Notes under the pieces: generated by a model
Databases searched by the model: none
Told to the model about the DNA's origin: nothing
Seen by the model: only the letters and a program-made list of their open reading frames with translations
Program-made: the position numbers and the translations under genes
DNA from: Azolla caroliniana
Taxonomy: Eukaryota > Plantae > Polypodiophyta
Direction: 5' to 3'
DNA: 37,489 bases
Assembly (NCBI GenBank): GCA_043228905.1
Contig: JBHGNT010000299.1
Location: 1-37,489, forward strand
Shown: piece after piece, positions 1 to 12,065 of the stretch
How positions within the stretch are numbered: the first letter of the stretch is position 1
How the letters are laid out: every line of letters begins with the position of its first letter

Positions 1-222
1 ATATATATATATTCTGCATTGTGTTTTTTCTCGTATACTGCATTGTTTTCTTTTTTGCTTTTCTGATTTACAGTGTGTTCTTGCTCTACTATTAGTGGTT
101 TCCTTTGGGCAAAACGTGTTTTTCTGCATTTTTTTGAATTTTCTGACTACTCTGGTTTTAGTTTTTTTTTTTTTTGACTTACGTTGAGTTCTTGTTGCTT
201 GCTTTTGTTACGTTGGTTTCTG

Positions 223-560
223 ACTTACATTGGGTTCTTGCTCTAAAATAAGATATTTTCCACGTTTTCTGAATTTGGTGTCTATTTACTTTCCTTACAT
301 TAGTTTTTCGTTGTTCTTACTTGCAGTAAAATCAGATTTTGTTTCCACGTTTTCTGAAATTGGTATTTATTTGCTTTCCTCACATTGGTTTTTTGTTGTT
401 GTTCTTACTTGCATTGGGTTCTTGCTCTAAAATCAGATTTTTTCCACGTTTTCTGAACTTGGTATTTATTTGCTTTCCTTACATTAGTTTTTTGTTGTTT
501 TTCTCAACTGCCTTGGGTTCTAGGTCTACAATCAGATTTTTTGGTATTTATTTATTTGCT
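223..560. repeat. Degenerate T-rich tandem repeats (~90-120 bp units), probably within a helicase intron
   Basis: TTTCCACGTTTTCTGAA recurs near 256, 342 and 441, and CATTGGGTTCTTGCTCTAAAAT near 228 and 412. The short hydrophobic ORFs at 230-725 arise from this repeat. Confidence 0.6.
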
Positions 561-1964
561 TTCATTACATTGTTTTTTCTATATGCACTTTCTGAAATTG
601 TTTTTATTATTTTCTTTCCTTACACGTTTTTCATGCTTTTCTTATATTGGATACATTTTTTCTTGAACCGGTGTAGCTGCTTTTCATATAAATTAGGTTT
701 TCCAATTCCTTTTAACAGAATTTAGCTCACATTGGACTTTTTCTTTTGTATCATTGATTATTTGTTGCGTTTCTTGCTTACATTGGGTTCTTATCGTTTC
801 CTTTTGTTGCATTGTTTTCTACTTTCTTACATTCAGTTGATTGTTTTTGTTTTGCCTCTCCTACATTAAATTCTTATTTTTCTTTTCCTAAATTAGATTT
901 TGGCCTTATCTTAACAGAGTTTACTGAAGAAGGAAGAACTTTGCATTTATATGATCATGTAATAATACTGTTCTAATATATCTATTTGTTACCATTGCTT
1001 ACTTTCTCCACCCTGTTGGGTTTCTTGAAATTGATTTATACAGCCACATTTCTAAGGAGAAATATGTATGTAACGTTGTTAGTGTAAGGTGCCAAAGTAA
1101 AGTTAATGGAAGAAAATATTAGAGAATTAGAAACATCACTCTAGACTTGAGCCAACACTTTTAAGATATTAAAGATTAAGTTTTACCATCTATGAAATAT
1201 ATTTTGACATTTTTATTTGTGATTGCTATATATAATGGATATATAAAGCCAATTCTTTCACATTATGGATATGTAATATCATTGTTTGCTCACAAACAAG
1301 GTTTAGAAAAATAATATCCATTAATTTCATCTTGTTGACATAATTTAATGTATGTCTCAACGTTTGAAGTTTGTTATTCAATAGGAAGCTCATAATTTAA
1401 AGGTAGTCAGTTCCTTAACTTTCCTAAATTTAAGGCCGATTTTGGTGTAATCCAATTTAATCAAACATGGCATCAAACCTGTTTGATTCGTCTTATCTTA
1501 GTTCAGATTGTAAGTAGCATTTGTTAGCTTTGGCTAAGTAAAGGCAATGTTATTGTTTTCAATCCTGGATTGTGATAAATGATTTTGTACCTCTATATTT
1601 TTAGGAGTAAAGTCTATTTACAATAAACTGAACTAATCTCTTCAGAATTGAGCCCACAATCTCGATGTTACAAAGCATAAGCTTATAAGTTCAGCAAATG
1701 CCTACTTCGACTTTAAAATATGTCTTGTTACTTGTGCCAATTCGTAGCCTTGATTCTCCATCAATGTGTGATCTTTGCTAATGTTCTTTTATGTTGTCTA
1801 TAGTGAAATGCCTCAGCTTAGGTTTGGTTTAATATGTTTCATAAGTTCTATTCAGATACATTTCAAATCCAGCTCATTTAGCTGGGAATTCGAGTAGTGT
1901 TGTAGTGCAAATTTCCTTAAATGATTTATTCTCAAACTCTGAATTATTCCCTTCTCATTTTCAG

Positions 1965-4900
1965 AGGGCTGTATTAGAACCAGCATTGAAGGGACAAGAT
2001 TTAATTGCTCGAGCTAAAACTGGAACTGGAAAGACATTGGCATTTGGGATTCCTATCCTTGATAGGACAATCACAGAGCAAGAGAAAAGGATCAGGTTCA
2101 GCAATGATAAACTAGTGTTCATTAGTCTCTCAATATTAAAAATTCACTCTTTAAAACACTTCATACATTAACATGATAATGTAGACCATGATGATGATTT
2201 GACAGGGGATATGGAAGATCACCTCTAGCTGTGGTGTTAGCACCTACAAGAGAGCTAGCAAAGCAAGTCGAGAATGAACTGAAAGAGTCGTCACCCACCA
2301 CTGAAGTCTTGTGTGCATATGGAGGAGTTTCCATAGATGCACAAGTTCGCCAAATACAGAGTGGAGTTGATATTTTGGTGGGAACACCTGGTCGAGTTAT
2401 CGATCTTCTTAATAGGGGTGCCCTGAAGCTTGGTGAAGTGAAATATTTTGTGTTAGATGAAGCTGATAGGATGTTGGCTGTGGGATTTGAAGAGGATGTT
2501 GAGAAGATCTTGCAACACCTTCCATCTCAGAAGCAGTGTTTGTTGTTTTCGGCGACCATGCCTGAATGGGTTAAGAAACTAGCAGGGAAATACTTAAAGA
2601 ATCATATAATCGTGGATCTGGTAAATAACAGGAATCATGATTCATACAATGATGATAATATCTATGTTGGTTTCTGAGGATATTTGGCTGCAACTTATAT
2701 TGTATGAGTTTCAAATTTGGGGCTTTTATGGCCATGTTAGCATTACCCCAAAATAAAAAACTAAGCAACAATTTGATTCTGATGATATTTAATCTACATT
2801 CTAATAGGTCGGTGATAATGATGATAAGATAGCAGAGGGCATTAAACTTCTTTCCATTTCTACTTCGATGGCAACAAGAAGACCGATGTTAAGTGATCTG
2901 ATAACGGTAAATTCAGAACTATACCTTATGAGAATAAGAAGATATCCCTTCTATTATTATTTATTGGTGAACTTTATGCTATTGTGGGCTTGAGGCAGGT
3001 CTATGGAAAAGGGTGCAAGTCCATTGTTTTCACACAAACCAAAAGAGAGGCTGATGATATTTCTTCTTTCCTCGGACAAAAGCTGGGATCTGAAGCTTTG
3101 CATGGGGACATTTCCCAACATCAACGGGAGAAGACACTCAAATCATTTCGAGATGGACGTCTCAATGTTTTGGTTGCAACTGATGTTGCTGCCCGCGGCC
3201 TTGACATTTCTAATGTAGATCTGGTATGTCTTCTAGCAAACTTATTTCATTTTTCAGTCTATCCATGTCTAATGGGGTGCAAAGAGATTTTTTTTCATTC
3301 ATAAATATTTGAATAATATATTTTCTCTATAGGTTATTCATTATGAGGCTGCTAATGACACGGAAACGTTTGTTCATCGCTCGGGGCGTACTGGTAGAGC
3401 TGGCAAAAAGGGTACTGCAATTCTTATGTACATGGAGCAACAAAGAAGAACAATTGATAACCTTGAACGAGAGCTAGGTTGTAAATTTGAAAACATTGAG
3501 CCTCCCACTCTGGAAGATGTTATAAGATCTTCAGCACATCAGGCAGTTGAAAAAATTGAGAGCATTTCAATGGATCTACGGAATGTGTTTCTTCCAACTG
3601 CTGAAAAGTTGATGCTAGATCATGGCCCTGGAGCACTAGCTGCAGCTATTGCACATGTATGTGGTTGTACTCAGCTTCCTACATCACGATCCCTTATTTC
3701 TTATGAACAGGTTGGTGGTTTCTCTATTGTCTTCTCCATATCCTAGTCATGTGATTTGTAATAGTAAAACGAGAACCTTAATTCAACTTCTTGTTCTATT
3801 ATGACCAAGGGGTTCATGACCTTAAAAGTAACTCGACCAGGAGGACTACCTATAACTGGATCAGATGCAGTGACCCAATTTATAAGAAGCATTCTTCCAT
3901 CTGCAGCAAGCAGCATCGGCAAGATCCGTATGCTAAATGAAATAGGGGTTTGTTTCCTTCTTTCCTTTCTCTCATGAGCTATATTTGAGAGTCATGCTCT
4001 AGCTTTTGCTGAAGATGTTTTGTAAGATGCTGTTCTTTGTTTTTGCATAAAATTAATCAGTTACTCTGTTTTGGCAGGTACAAGGAGCAGTTTTTGATCT
4101 ACCAGAGCAGCTGGCAAAGACCTTGCTATCAATGACCATCACAACAGGAGAAGTACTTGAGGCACCCAAAAAGGTTTTACTTATTCTAATTAATTCATTC
4201 ATTTTCTATGAACACGTCGTGCATTTGTTGAGTTGATATATAGCATAGCTCTCCATACATTAAACTTAGGCTGAGGAGATGTGTTATTCGAACCATATTT
4301 CACCACTTCATTCTAAGCTGCTAAGCTGATGAAGGAAAATGCTAAAAACCAAAGTGCAATGCTAGCTTTATTCCTTCTGTGTGCACAAAAATTGTATAGT
4401 GAGTCTTATAGTTGGAACGTTCAAGCCTCTTCAAATAATTTGATTTCCATCTGCTTTTTCTTGTAATTTATTATGATGTAGATAATCTGTGAGTTGTGAT
4501 TTCAACAGCTTCCTAGGATTGTAGAAGACACATTTGGAGGTGGGGGATATGGCAGAAGCTTTTCACCTAGACCTCTTGGTAGCCGCTTTGGGTCAGGCGG
4601 TGGTTATTCTGGAGGAGGTGGCAGTTATTCTGGAGGAGGTGGTGGTTATTCTGGTGGAGGAGGTGGTTATTCTGGTGGAGGAGGCGGTTATTCTGGAGGA
4701 AGCGGCGGTTATTCTGGTGGAGGCGGCGGTGGTTATTCTGGTGGTGGTGGCAGTTATTCTGGAGGTGGCGGCGGTTATTCTGGAGGAGGTGGTGGTTATT
4801 CTAGTTCCAACAGGTTCCAAGGATCTAGCGGAAGTGATTTCTCTAGCAGACCGAGCTCAGTTGGCAGCAGTTGGTCAAACAGATCTAGTGGTAGTGGCAC

Positions 4901-5777
4901 CAACAATAACTGGTCCAGTACTGGTAGCAGTGGTGTGAATAATTGGTCCAACAGGTCATACTTATGAGACCTTTGCATTTCTCATGTCTTGTGCTGTTTA
5001 TTCTGGAGCCGCATGACTTTATTGATGTGTTTTTCTTCCAATGATATCAGATCTTCGGATAGCAGTAGCACACCCTCGTCTGGCTACAGTGGTTCTGTTG
5101 GCAGTAGTTTTGGGTCTTTTGGTAGTACCTTTGGAACCAGGTAATTTTAATCTGTCGTAATTCTTCCTACAGAATCTTATTTTTCTTCCTTGCAAGTCAT
5201 TTTCTGAAATAGAAGGTGAGAAATCCTCTTCATTTTTTTAAGATTGTTACTTGGAAGGCAAATGCTATCTTTTTTTTGCCTATGGTAGTGTTTTCTTTTG
5301 CGTACAACATCTGAACCATCAGGAAATAAGAAATATTGTCATTCCTTTGGCATTTGTCTTTTATAAGGCAATGATATTGTGTTTAACCCTTGGGTATGAA
5401 AAGGAAATCTTATGAGAAACTTTTAATGTGCATAATTTCAAACTTGAAATTTTCTATACTGAACATCACATCAGACCTATAGCCGAAGACTTAACTTAGA
5501 ACCCACTTCCAAAAAATTGTAAAAAATGCATGCTCTACCACTAGCAGCATCGAGTTTATGTATCAATACTTAAAACTTAAGAATTTTAATGAGATGAAGC
5601 TCATGAATCTATAAGCGATAATTGATTACATTGAACTGGTGGGGCTGTTGGAAAAGACAGTGTTTTCTCTAAATATGTTTTTGATGCTTATGTATTTGTA
5701 GTTCAAGTGAGGTGAAATGCTTGAGGTGTGGTAAACTTGGACATCGTATTGGAGACTGCTACGAAAAGCTCACTTGA
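1965..5777 (+). CDS. RH3: DEAD-box ATP-dependent RNA helicase, RH3-like (DDX21/DDX50 family); 5'-partial, 10 exons in window
   Basis: GT-AG exons that join in frame: 1965-2095, 2206-2620, 2808-2906, 2999-3223, 3333-3710, 3810-3947, 4078-4173, 4509-4954, 5051-5140, 5702-5777 (2094 nt, ending TGA). Motifs: AKTGTGKT (I), PTRELA (Ia), TPGR (Ib), DEAD (II), SAT (III), ARGLD (V), [10 protein letters not shown] (VI), GUCT-like QGAVFDLP, Gly/Ser/Tyr tail and CX2CX4HX4C knuckle [14 protein letters not shown]. The knuckle is the architecture of plastid RH3. The N-terminus and most of the Q motif are absent from the window. Confidence 0.9.
4593..4802 (+). repeat. Coding 21-bp minisatellite encoding ten (G/S)5-YS repeats
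   Basis: TATTCT occurs at 4605, 4626, 4647, 4668, 4689, 4710, 4734, 4755, 4776 and 4797 (21-nt spacing, one 24-nt). Confidence 0.9.
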
Positions 5778-5799
5778 GTAAGAGGTGGTGCCGCGCACT

Positions 5800-6240
5800 A
5801 CATTTTAGTACATCTTTATTTACATTCTGAAATAATCTAGTAAGACAAACATATCATCTCATTCTTAATTTTCATATGCTCAAAGATCTATCAGCGTTAT
5901 TTATTCTCCCCGAAGCCGACTTTCTTGGGTATCATCTCATTCTTAATTTTCATATTTGCAAAGATCTATCAGCTTTATTTATTCTTTCTTAGAAGACATT
6001 AATATATCTTTCTTTCTTTCTTTCTCTCGGAAGCCTACTTACATGGGTATCATCTCATTCTTAATTTTCATATTTGCAAAGATCTATCAGCTTTATTTAT
6101 TCTCTTCGACGTGTACTTCCTACTACATTTTAGGACATTTATTTATAGTCTGAAATAATCTAGTAATACAAACATATCATCTCATTCTTAATATTCATAT
6201 TTTAAAAGATCTATCAGCTTTGTTTATTCTCTCTGAAGCT
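5800..6240. repeat. Imperfect tandem repeat in the helicase 3' UTR/flank
   Basis: TATCATCTCATTCTTAAT-TTTCATAT...AAAGATCTATCAGC occurs four times, near 5852, 5930, 6048 and 6175. Confidence 0.8.
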
Positions 6241-7994
6241 TTCACAGGTATTAAAATTAAGGATTTAAAAAAAGGCATTAACCAATTCTTTTCCCCCTTT
6301 TTTAGGTAAATATTTGAAAGATGAACAAACATTTCACAGAAAAGAAGAGAATGATCAGTATCATTGTTGATGGTGTAGTTAGTACTCAAAAAAGCTATGG
6401 TTTTGTGTACTACAGATGTGTGCTTAGTGAGTATTTGATATGGAGAGGTTTTTGCATTGCGCGAATCCTTTCGTCTCTGAACCTCCTTCCACCCATGTGT
6501 CTTAAACACATTTCTGTTACGTATTCTGTTGTAGCCAAAATCATCAATCACATTATGAATATTCTAATACAGAAAACATGATGTACAGAAAGAACGTCTT
6601 GACTCAATTGAGAACCAAAATAGTCTTTTTCATTTACTTCCACAATAAGCTGACATTACTAACACCACATTTTGATACCGATGATGTATATGACATTTAT
6701 TGTAGTTTTTGTTCATTGATAAAAGTTAGCATATATAGTTAGTTGAACTTCATTATAATATTGATGGATTTTCAGCATTTATAAATCTACTGTTTTTTCA
6801 TGTTTTTATCACAAGAATCCTGCTGTAATGTTGGAAGTACATAAAAAAGTATCGTTGGAAACATATAAAATTTGATCATACAACTAAAATTTTCATGTAC
6901 TTTTATAGTTGAACTTCTTAATTATTGCAGCAATGGAAACTGAAACCTAGAGCCTTCAAGTTTATAGTCATTTGATTGTCAATACCTGAAACAAGCATAT
7001 GTTCATTATCTCAAATTTGAGTTGTATGATCAAATTTTACATGTTTCCAAGGATACTTTTTTATGTAATCTCTCAACTACACAAACTAATGTAAGTAAAA
7101 TCCATTTATCTCCAAATAGGAAAGCTTGTTTACCAAAATGCTTATTCAAATGGATTTTACTAGTTCCAAGGTGTGTGACGTGTCAATTGAGAACCGTCAA
7201 CAAGTGGATTGAATAAATGCCCAAGCATAGAAAGAAAGAAATATGCATAGATATGAATGTATGCAGATGTCCTAATTCTATAATTAGATAGACTATACTC
7301 ATACTTGCTGGTTGCCTCTAAATCCATGTCTACAATCCCAGCTCTTTTAGAATATAGTTGATATTGTCTGGCTAGCCATAAGCATCCACGTAGAAAGTCG
7401 ATGTTCAAAGTGAAGTAATCAAATTATTTTTTATTCAACAGATTTCATGATTGTTGGTCTAGAAGGTCAGCCTTATAGATGGGGGATTATTCGTTTCAAC
7501 AAAGTCTTCATATCTATAGACGTTTTTCATGAGTCGTTAATCTGCAACTATTGAAAACACAAGAGCAAGGTTTAACTTTGTTCCCAACCCCATGGATCAT
7601 CATTCTATCTTTCAATTGAAGGTGAGTGAAGATCATGGATGAGAATACACCATATTCGCCCCGAATGCTTCGATGCTGTTGGATCCTACAAAGAAGCCGA
7701 CCTTGAAATATAATTTGACAATAGATCTCGTGATAGAAAAGGACCTTTTGCACCGAAGCATTATTAGGGGTATAAAATAAAGGGAACTTTAAGTAAAGTA
7801 TAGGAGAGAATAAACAATAATAACATTGTAAGGACCATTACAAAAAGGCCAAGTTCGAATAATTGTCTTTTCATCCTTGAAGAATATGTGTCAGAGACAT
7901 GGAGGGAGGCGGTGATTTCATGGTGCCAATCTTTGCTACACTCACAAACACAAAGTGGTAGATCTGTGAGATTGCAAAACTGCATAAGGAAGGA

Positions 7995-8041
7995 ACAGGA
8001 CAGGACAGACAGATAGATCGATAGATTCAGACAGACAGATT

Positions 8042-8072
<31 letters not shown>

Positions 8073-8156
8073 CGATAGATTCAGACAGACAGACAGATAG
8101 ATAGATAGATAGATTCAGACAGACAGACAGATAGATACAGAGAGAGAGAGAGAGAG
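7995..8156 (+). repeat. Compound (GACA)n/(GATA)n/(GA)n microsatellite directly abutting the serpin ATG; also present before copies 2-4
   Basis: Read directly from the sequence. The tract is longer before copies 1 and 4 than before copies 2 and 3 (~14428-14530, ~20769-20871, ~27370-27539). Confidence 0.9.
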
Positions 8157-11005
8157 ATGGATATGAGGGCTCTCATCCATGATCACACAGATTTCCTCCT
8201 CCACTTCTTCCAACTAGCAGTGTCTGCTGCATCGGCTTCTTCTTCTTCTTCTTCTTCTTCTTCTTCATCATCGGCTGTGACGGCGATAGCGACAGGGCCA
8301 CAGAAGAATGCTGCCCTTTCCCCAATCAGCATTTCGATAGTGATGGCCATGGTGGCCTCTGGAGCAAAGGGTCCCACACTCCAGCAGATACTGTCGACAA
8401 TTAACCTCCCTTCCTCGGATACCCTCCGAGAGTTCGCTTCTCAGGTTCATGCCGTTCTCCTTGCCGATGCCACGTCCTTGGGTGGGCCTCTTCTTGAATT
8501 TGTGAACTCTGTGTGGGTTCAGCAAACCCTCCCTCTTAACCCCTCCTTCAGTGAAGTCCTCCATAGCAATTATGGTGTAGCTGTACACCCTGCTGACTTC
8601 TTGAAACAGGTAAAACCTTGTTTACATTTGTCCATTCACAGCGCTTCAAATCTCTCTAATTCCACATTGCAATAGACATATATCGTGGTCATGTCTCGCT
8701 AAGTCCATTGATTTATTTGACAAAGCTGCAAAATTGAAAACATGAGTTGTAGTCTGCCTAATGCTAAATCTATTTCTTAAGGAGTACTCTGAGAGACAGA
8801 AACAAGAAGATTCTGACTCTACCTTTTGCCTAATGTGAATAGTGCTTTTGAAATGTGGGTTAATGTGAATTAATCTCGGTCTCCCTCATATACCATGATT
8901 GTGGCAGAGAGATTATGATTAGAGGATATAATAGGCTTTATATAAGCTTGAAGCTCGAATGTTAAATAAGGACCCCCTGTAAAGGTAGAGTCGGATATAG
9001 CTCATAAGGGTTGAAATATTATTTCTGTACTACGACATAGTGTTAGGGATGTCAATTCCTTTGAGTTTAAACAGCAATGCTGTGAGATTCTTTTTTGGCT
9101 AACACAAATGATGTAGCTCACCATGATTTTCTATCGCCTTCTGTTACAATAATGCGGATACCAGTGCATATAAAGTTTTCAGTCTATAAGCATGGTTGTG
9201 ATTCATCACATCACTACCATTTTCCACCAAGATAGTTGATGATTCTCAAGGCATTGCTGCTATCATTCAAAGAAGATCCCTATTTGTTGGATTGCAGAAT
9301 GATAGTGATATTGATTGGTGAATTTAAGTTGCAAAAAAAGAATACATCCTCTTTTTTCTTAAGAGGGTATTCACAAAGGCACAAAAATGTTGGGACTCAT
9401 AACTTGTAACGTGGAGGAAAAGAAGAAAGAATGATATCTGTTAAAAGCAATCATAAGCACTTGTAATCCAGTATAACTGTCTTTGCTGTGGCTTATAAGT
9501 GGAAATGAGAAATAGGAATAAGCATATTTTTTCTCAATTCTCATTGTAGAGTCTCACATTGTTAGATTAGAGACGTCAAAATTTCAGATGATTCATTCAT
9601 TAATATTAGGCGGACATCCCCTAAAGGAAGTTTCTGGTATGATTTATCTCTCACAGATTAGAGTGTTAACTGTTGTGTCGGATCGCAAGATCAATATTTC
9701 CTTCTGGCCTATCATTCCATTATTTCCATGTGAGATGTCGGGTGTGGTTACCTTTATTTCAAGATTTTACAAGCACATAAAAATATTGCTCATGAAGATT
9801 CATCTTCATGTTGCATTACTTCAGAACAGTTGCATTTTAATACGATTAAAGATTCACAGATATAGAATCAGCTGATCAAATAAAATAATGACACAGAATA
9901 TAGCCAGAAACAAAAAAAAAAAGGAAAAAACAAGACATGCTCTGGGATTCTATAGTAATATCTGTCACTATATATTTAGGGTTTTATTTATTTATTTATT
10001 TATTTATATATATATCAATAAATGTTTGATGGGATAGGTACATATAAAATTATACTATTACAATAAGCTGAAAACTTGATTCAAACCTTTATTGGCAGTT
10101 CCAAGTCACAGATTAATGTTTTCTCATGTGTTTGTGTTGAGTACCTGTGAGATAATATTTAACTGTGACATGTACAGCCTCAGATTACTTTGGTTTTGTA
10201 TTTTTTTGTTTTGGTGCAGGCTGAGAAGAGTAGAGGTGAGATTAATGCATGGGTGAAGCAGGAAACTAAGGGCAAAATTGATGAAATCCTTCCTGTGGGT
10301 GCATTAAATGAGAACACTAAATTGGTCCTTGCAAATGCCTTGTATTTCAAAGGAACATGGCAAAAGAAATTTGAAACTTCTCAAACAAAAGATGGGGATT
10401 TCCATCTCCTCAATGGTGAAACCATCAGTATTCCCATGATGACGACAAAGAAGAAACAAGAAATATCTTCGCACGATTCCTTTAAAGTGCTCCGACTACC
10501 ATATAGCAATGGTCAAGATGCGAGATCTTTCTCTATGTATATCATACTTCCAAATGAAAAGGCTGGTCTTTTTGCGTTGGAGAAAGGTTTAACTGTAGAT
10601 ATCCTTGAAAAAACTCTAGTGAAGGGTGTTGAAATTGATGTGGGCTCATTTAAACTACCAAAGTTCAAAGTTTCAGCAGGATATGAGGTGCCAGATACTC
10701 TAAAAGAAATGGGTATGAAATTGCCATTTTCAGATGAAGCTGACTTTTCAGGCATGGTGGACTCATCCAATGGTGGTCAAGCACTGTCTATTAGCAATGT
10801 GTTTCACAAGACATTTATTGAAGTAAATGAGGAAGGCACGGAAGCTGCGGCCGCAACAGCCGTGGTCAGTATGCCTCGGTCTGCTGTTCGCCGCTCATCG
10901 GAAGATTTTATTGCTGATCACCCTTTCATGTTTGTATTGAAAGAAGATATCACTGGCATCATAGTGTTTATGGGGCATGTTGTGAACCCTCTTTCTACCA
11001 GTTAA
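8157..11005 (+). CDS. Serpin (plant serpin-Z/ZX family), copy 1, 412 aa
   Basis: Exon 1 is 8157-8609 (CAG|GTAAAA) and exon 2 is 10220-11005 (TGCAG|GCT), with a phase-0 intron. Motifs: SPISI, INAWVKQETKGKI, NALYFKGTW, LPKFK, hinge EEGTEAAAAT, ADHPFMF. Confidence 0.95.
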
Positions 11006-11215
11006 TTTAACACCATCTGATATTTTCAGGCATGTTCATGTGAAAGCCATCTGCGAAGGGACATAGTCATTCACAAGAAACTGGAAATGGTGAAAGTGCA
11101 ACTATATGACTTTTTGCTTAACTCAATATAGATTAAAAATGCAGTCAAGAGAATTTACTAATGAAGAATAACTTGACTTGTATTACTTTCAATTACTGTA
11201 GTGTGCATGACCAGA

Positions 11216-11620
11216 TTATTGTCTTGGTTGTTAGTTCTTGTTGTTGGTATTCTAATAGTCAAAAAGTGCCCTTGACCTTGTTGAATAAATGAACAAATTC
11301 TTGATATCTCTTTGAAAAATTTGGAGTTGGCTTCATATTGGAATCAATAACATATACTTGAATAACAAACACTATTCAAGTGTCCTCATCAGATCATATG
11401 AATTCTTATAATAACATTTTACTGTCTTGGTTGTTAGTTCTTGTTGTTGATATTCTAATAATCAAAAAGCGGCCTTGACCTTGTTGAATACATGAACAAA
11501 TTCTTGATATCTCTTTGGAAAATTTGGAGTTGGTGTCACATTGGAATCAATGACATATACTTTAGTAACAAGCACGATTCAAGCGTCCTCATTAGATCGT
11601 ATGAATTCTTTTAATGATAT
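11216..11620. repeat. ~203-bp tandem duplication in the serpin 3' flank (present in all four units)
   Basis: GTCTTGGTTGTTAGTTCTTGTTGTT occurs at 11221 and 11424, and similarity continues for ~200 bp. Confidence 0.85.
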
Positions 11621-11920
11621 TTTGGAGATTGGTAGTGAAACTGGGGTCACACATTGCAACTAAAGGAACAAGTAGATCATTGCTCATTTTGAGATGACAA
11701 GAGGGGACTAACATCTAAAGCTTACTAGTGTTTGATCAAGAATAAGGAATAACACAAGGAATAATATCAAGAACTCAAGAATAAATATGGAAGCAAGCAA
11801 TTAGGGATAGATAAGCTAGTTTGAAATGTAGATTTGACCTACAAGTCCTTATTATATCCTGATTCCCCATCATTGACACGAACATGTTTGTCAACGAGTT
11901 GCAAGATGTGAACGTGGAGG

Positions 11921-12065
11921 AATGCAAAAGTTTACATTGCAATATTAGGTTTAAGTAGGACATACATGATCAAAAGTGTGATTTTGATGGTAAAATGCAA
12001 ATGTTTACATTGCAATATTAGATTTAAGTAAGACATAATCAAAAGTGTAATCCTGATGGTAAATG
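11921..12065. repeat. ~73-bp tandem duplication (present in all four units)
   Basis: AATGCAAA-GTTTACATTGCAATATTAG...ATCAAAAGTGT occurs at 11921 and 11994. Confidence 0.8.

Noticed and set aside
230-725. Hydrophobic Phe/Leu-rich ORFs
   Set aside because: By-products of T-rich repeats, with no recognisable domain.
4534-4938. ORFs of 134 aa (VVILEE repeats, +) and 75 aa (SSRITA repeats, -)
   Set aside because: They are alternative frames of the Gly-Tyr-Ser exon; splice phase fixes the real frame from 4509.
5800-6240. Repeats with variable spacers resembling a CRISPR array
   Set aside because: The context is eukaryotic, the repeats are long and degenerate, the spacers are related to one another, and there are no cas genes.
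7514-7985. Minus-strand 68-79 aa ORFs upstream of each serpin
   Set aside because: No recognisable homology, and one is frameshifted between copy 1 and copies 2-4.
9588-9875. 95-aa ORF in the serpin intron, recurring in all four units
   Set aside because: Recurrence reflects recent duplication only. It has no known motifs, and the serpin is complete without it.
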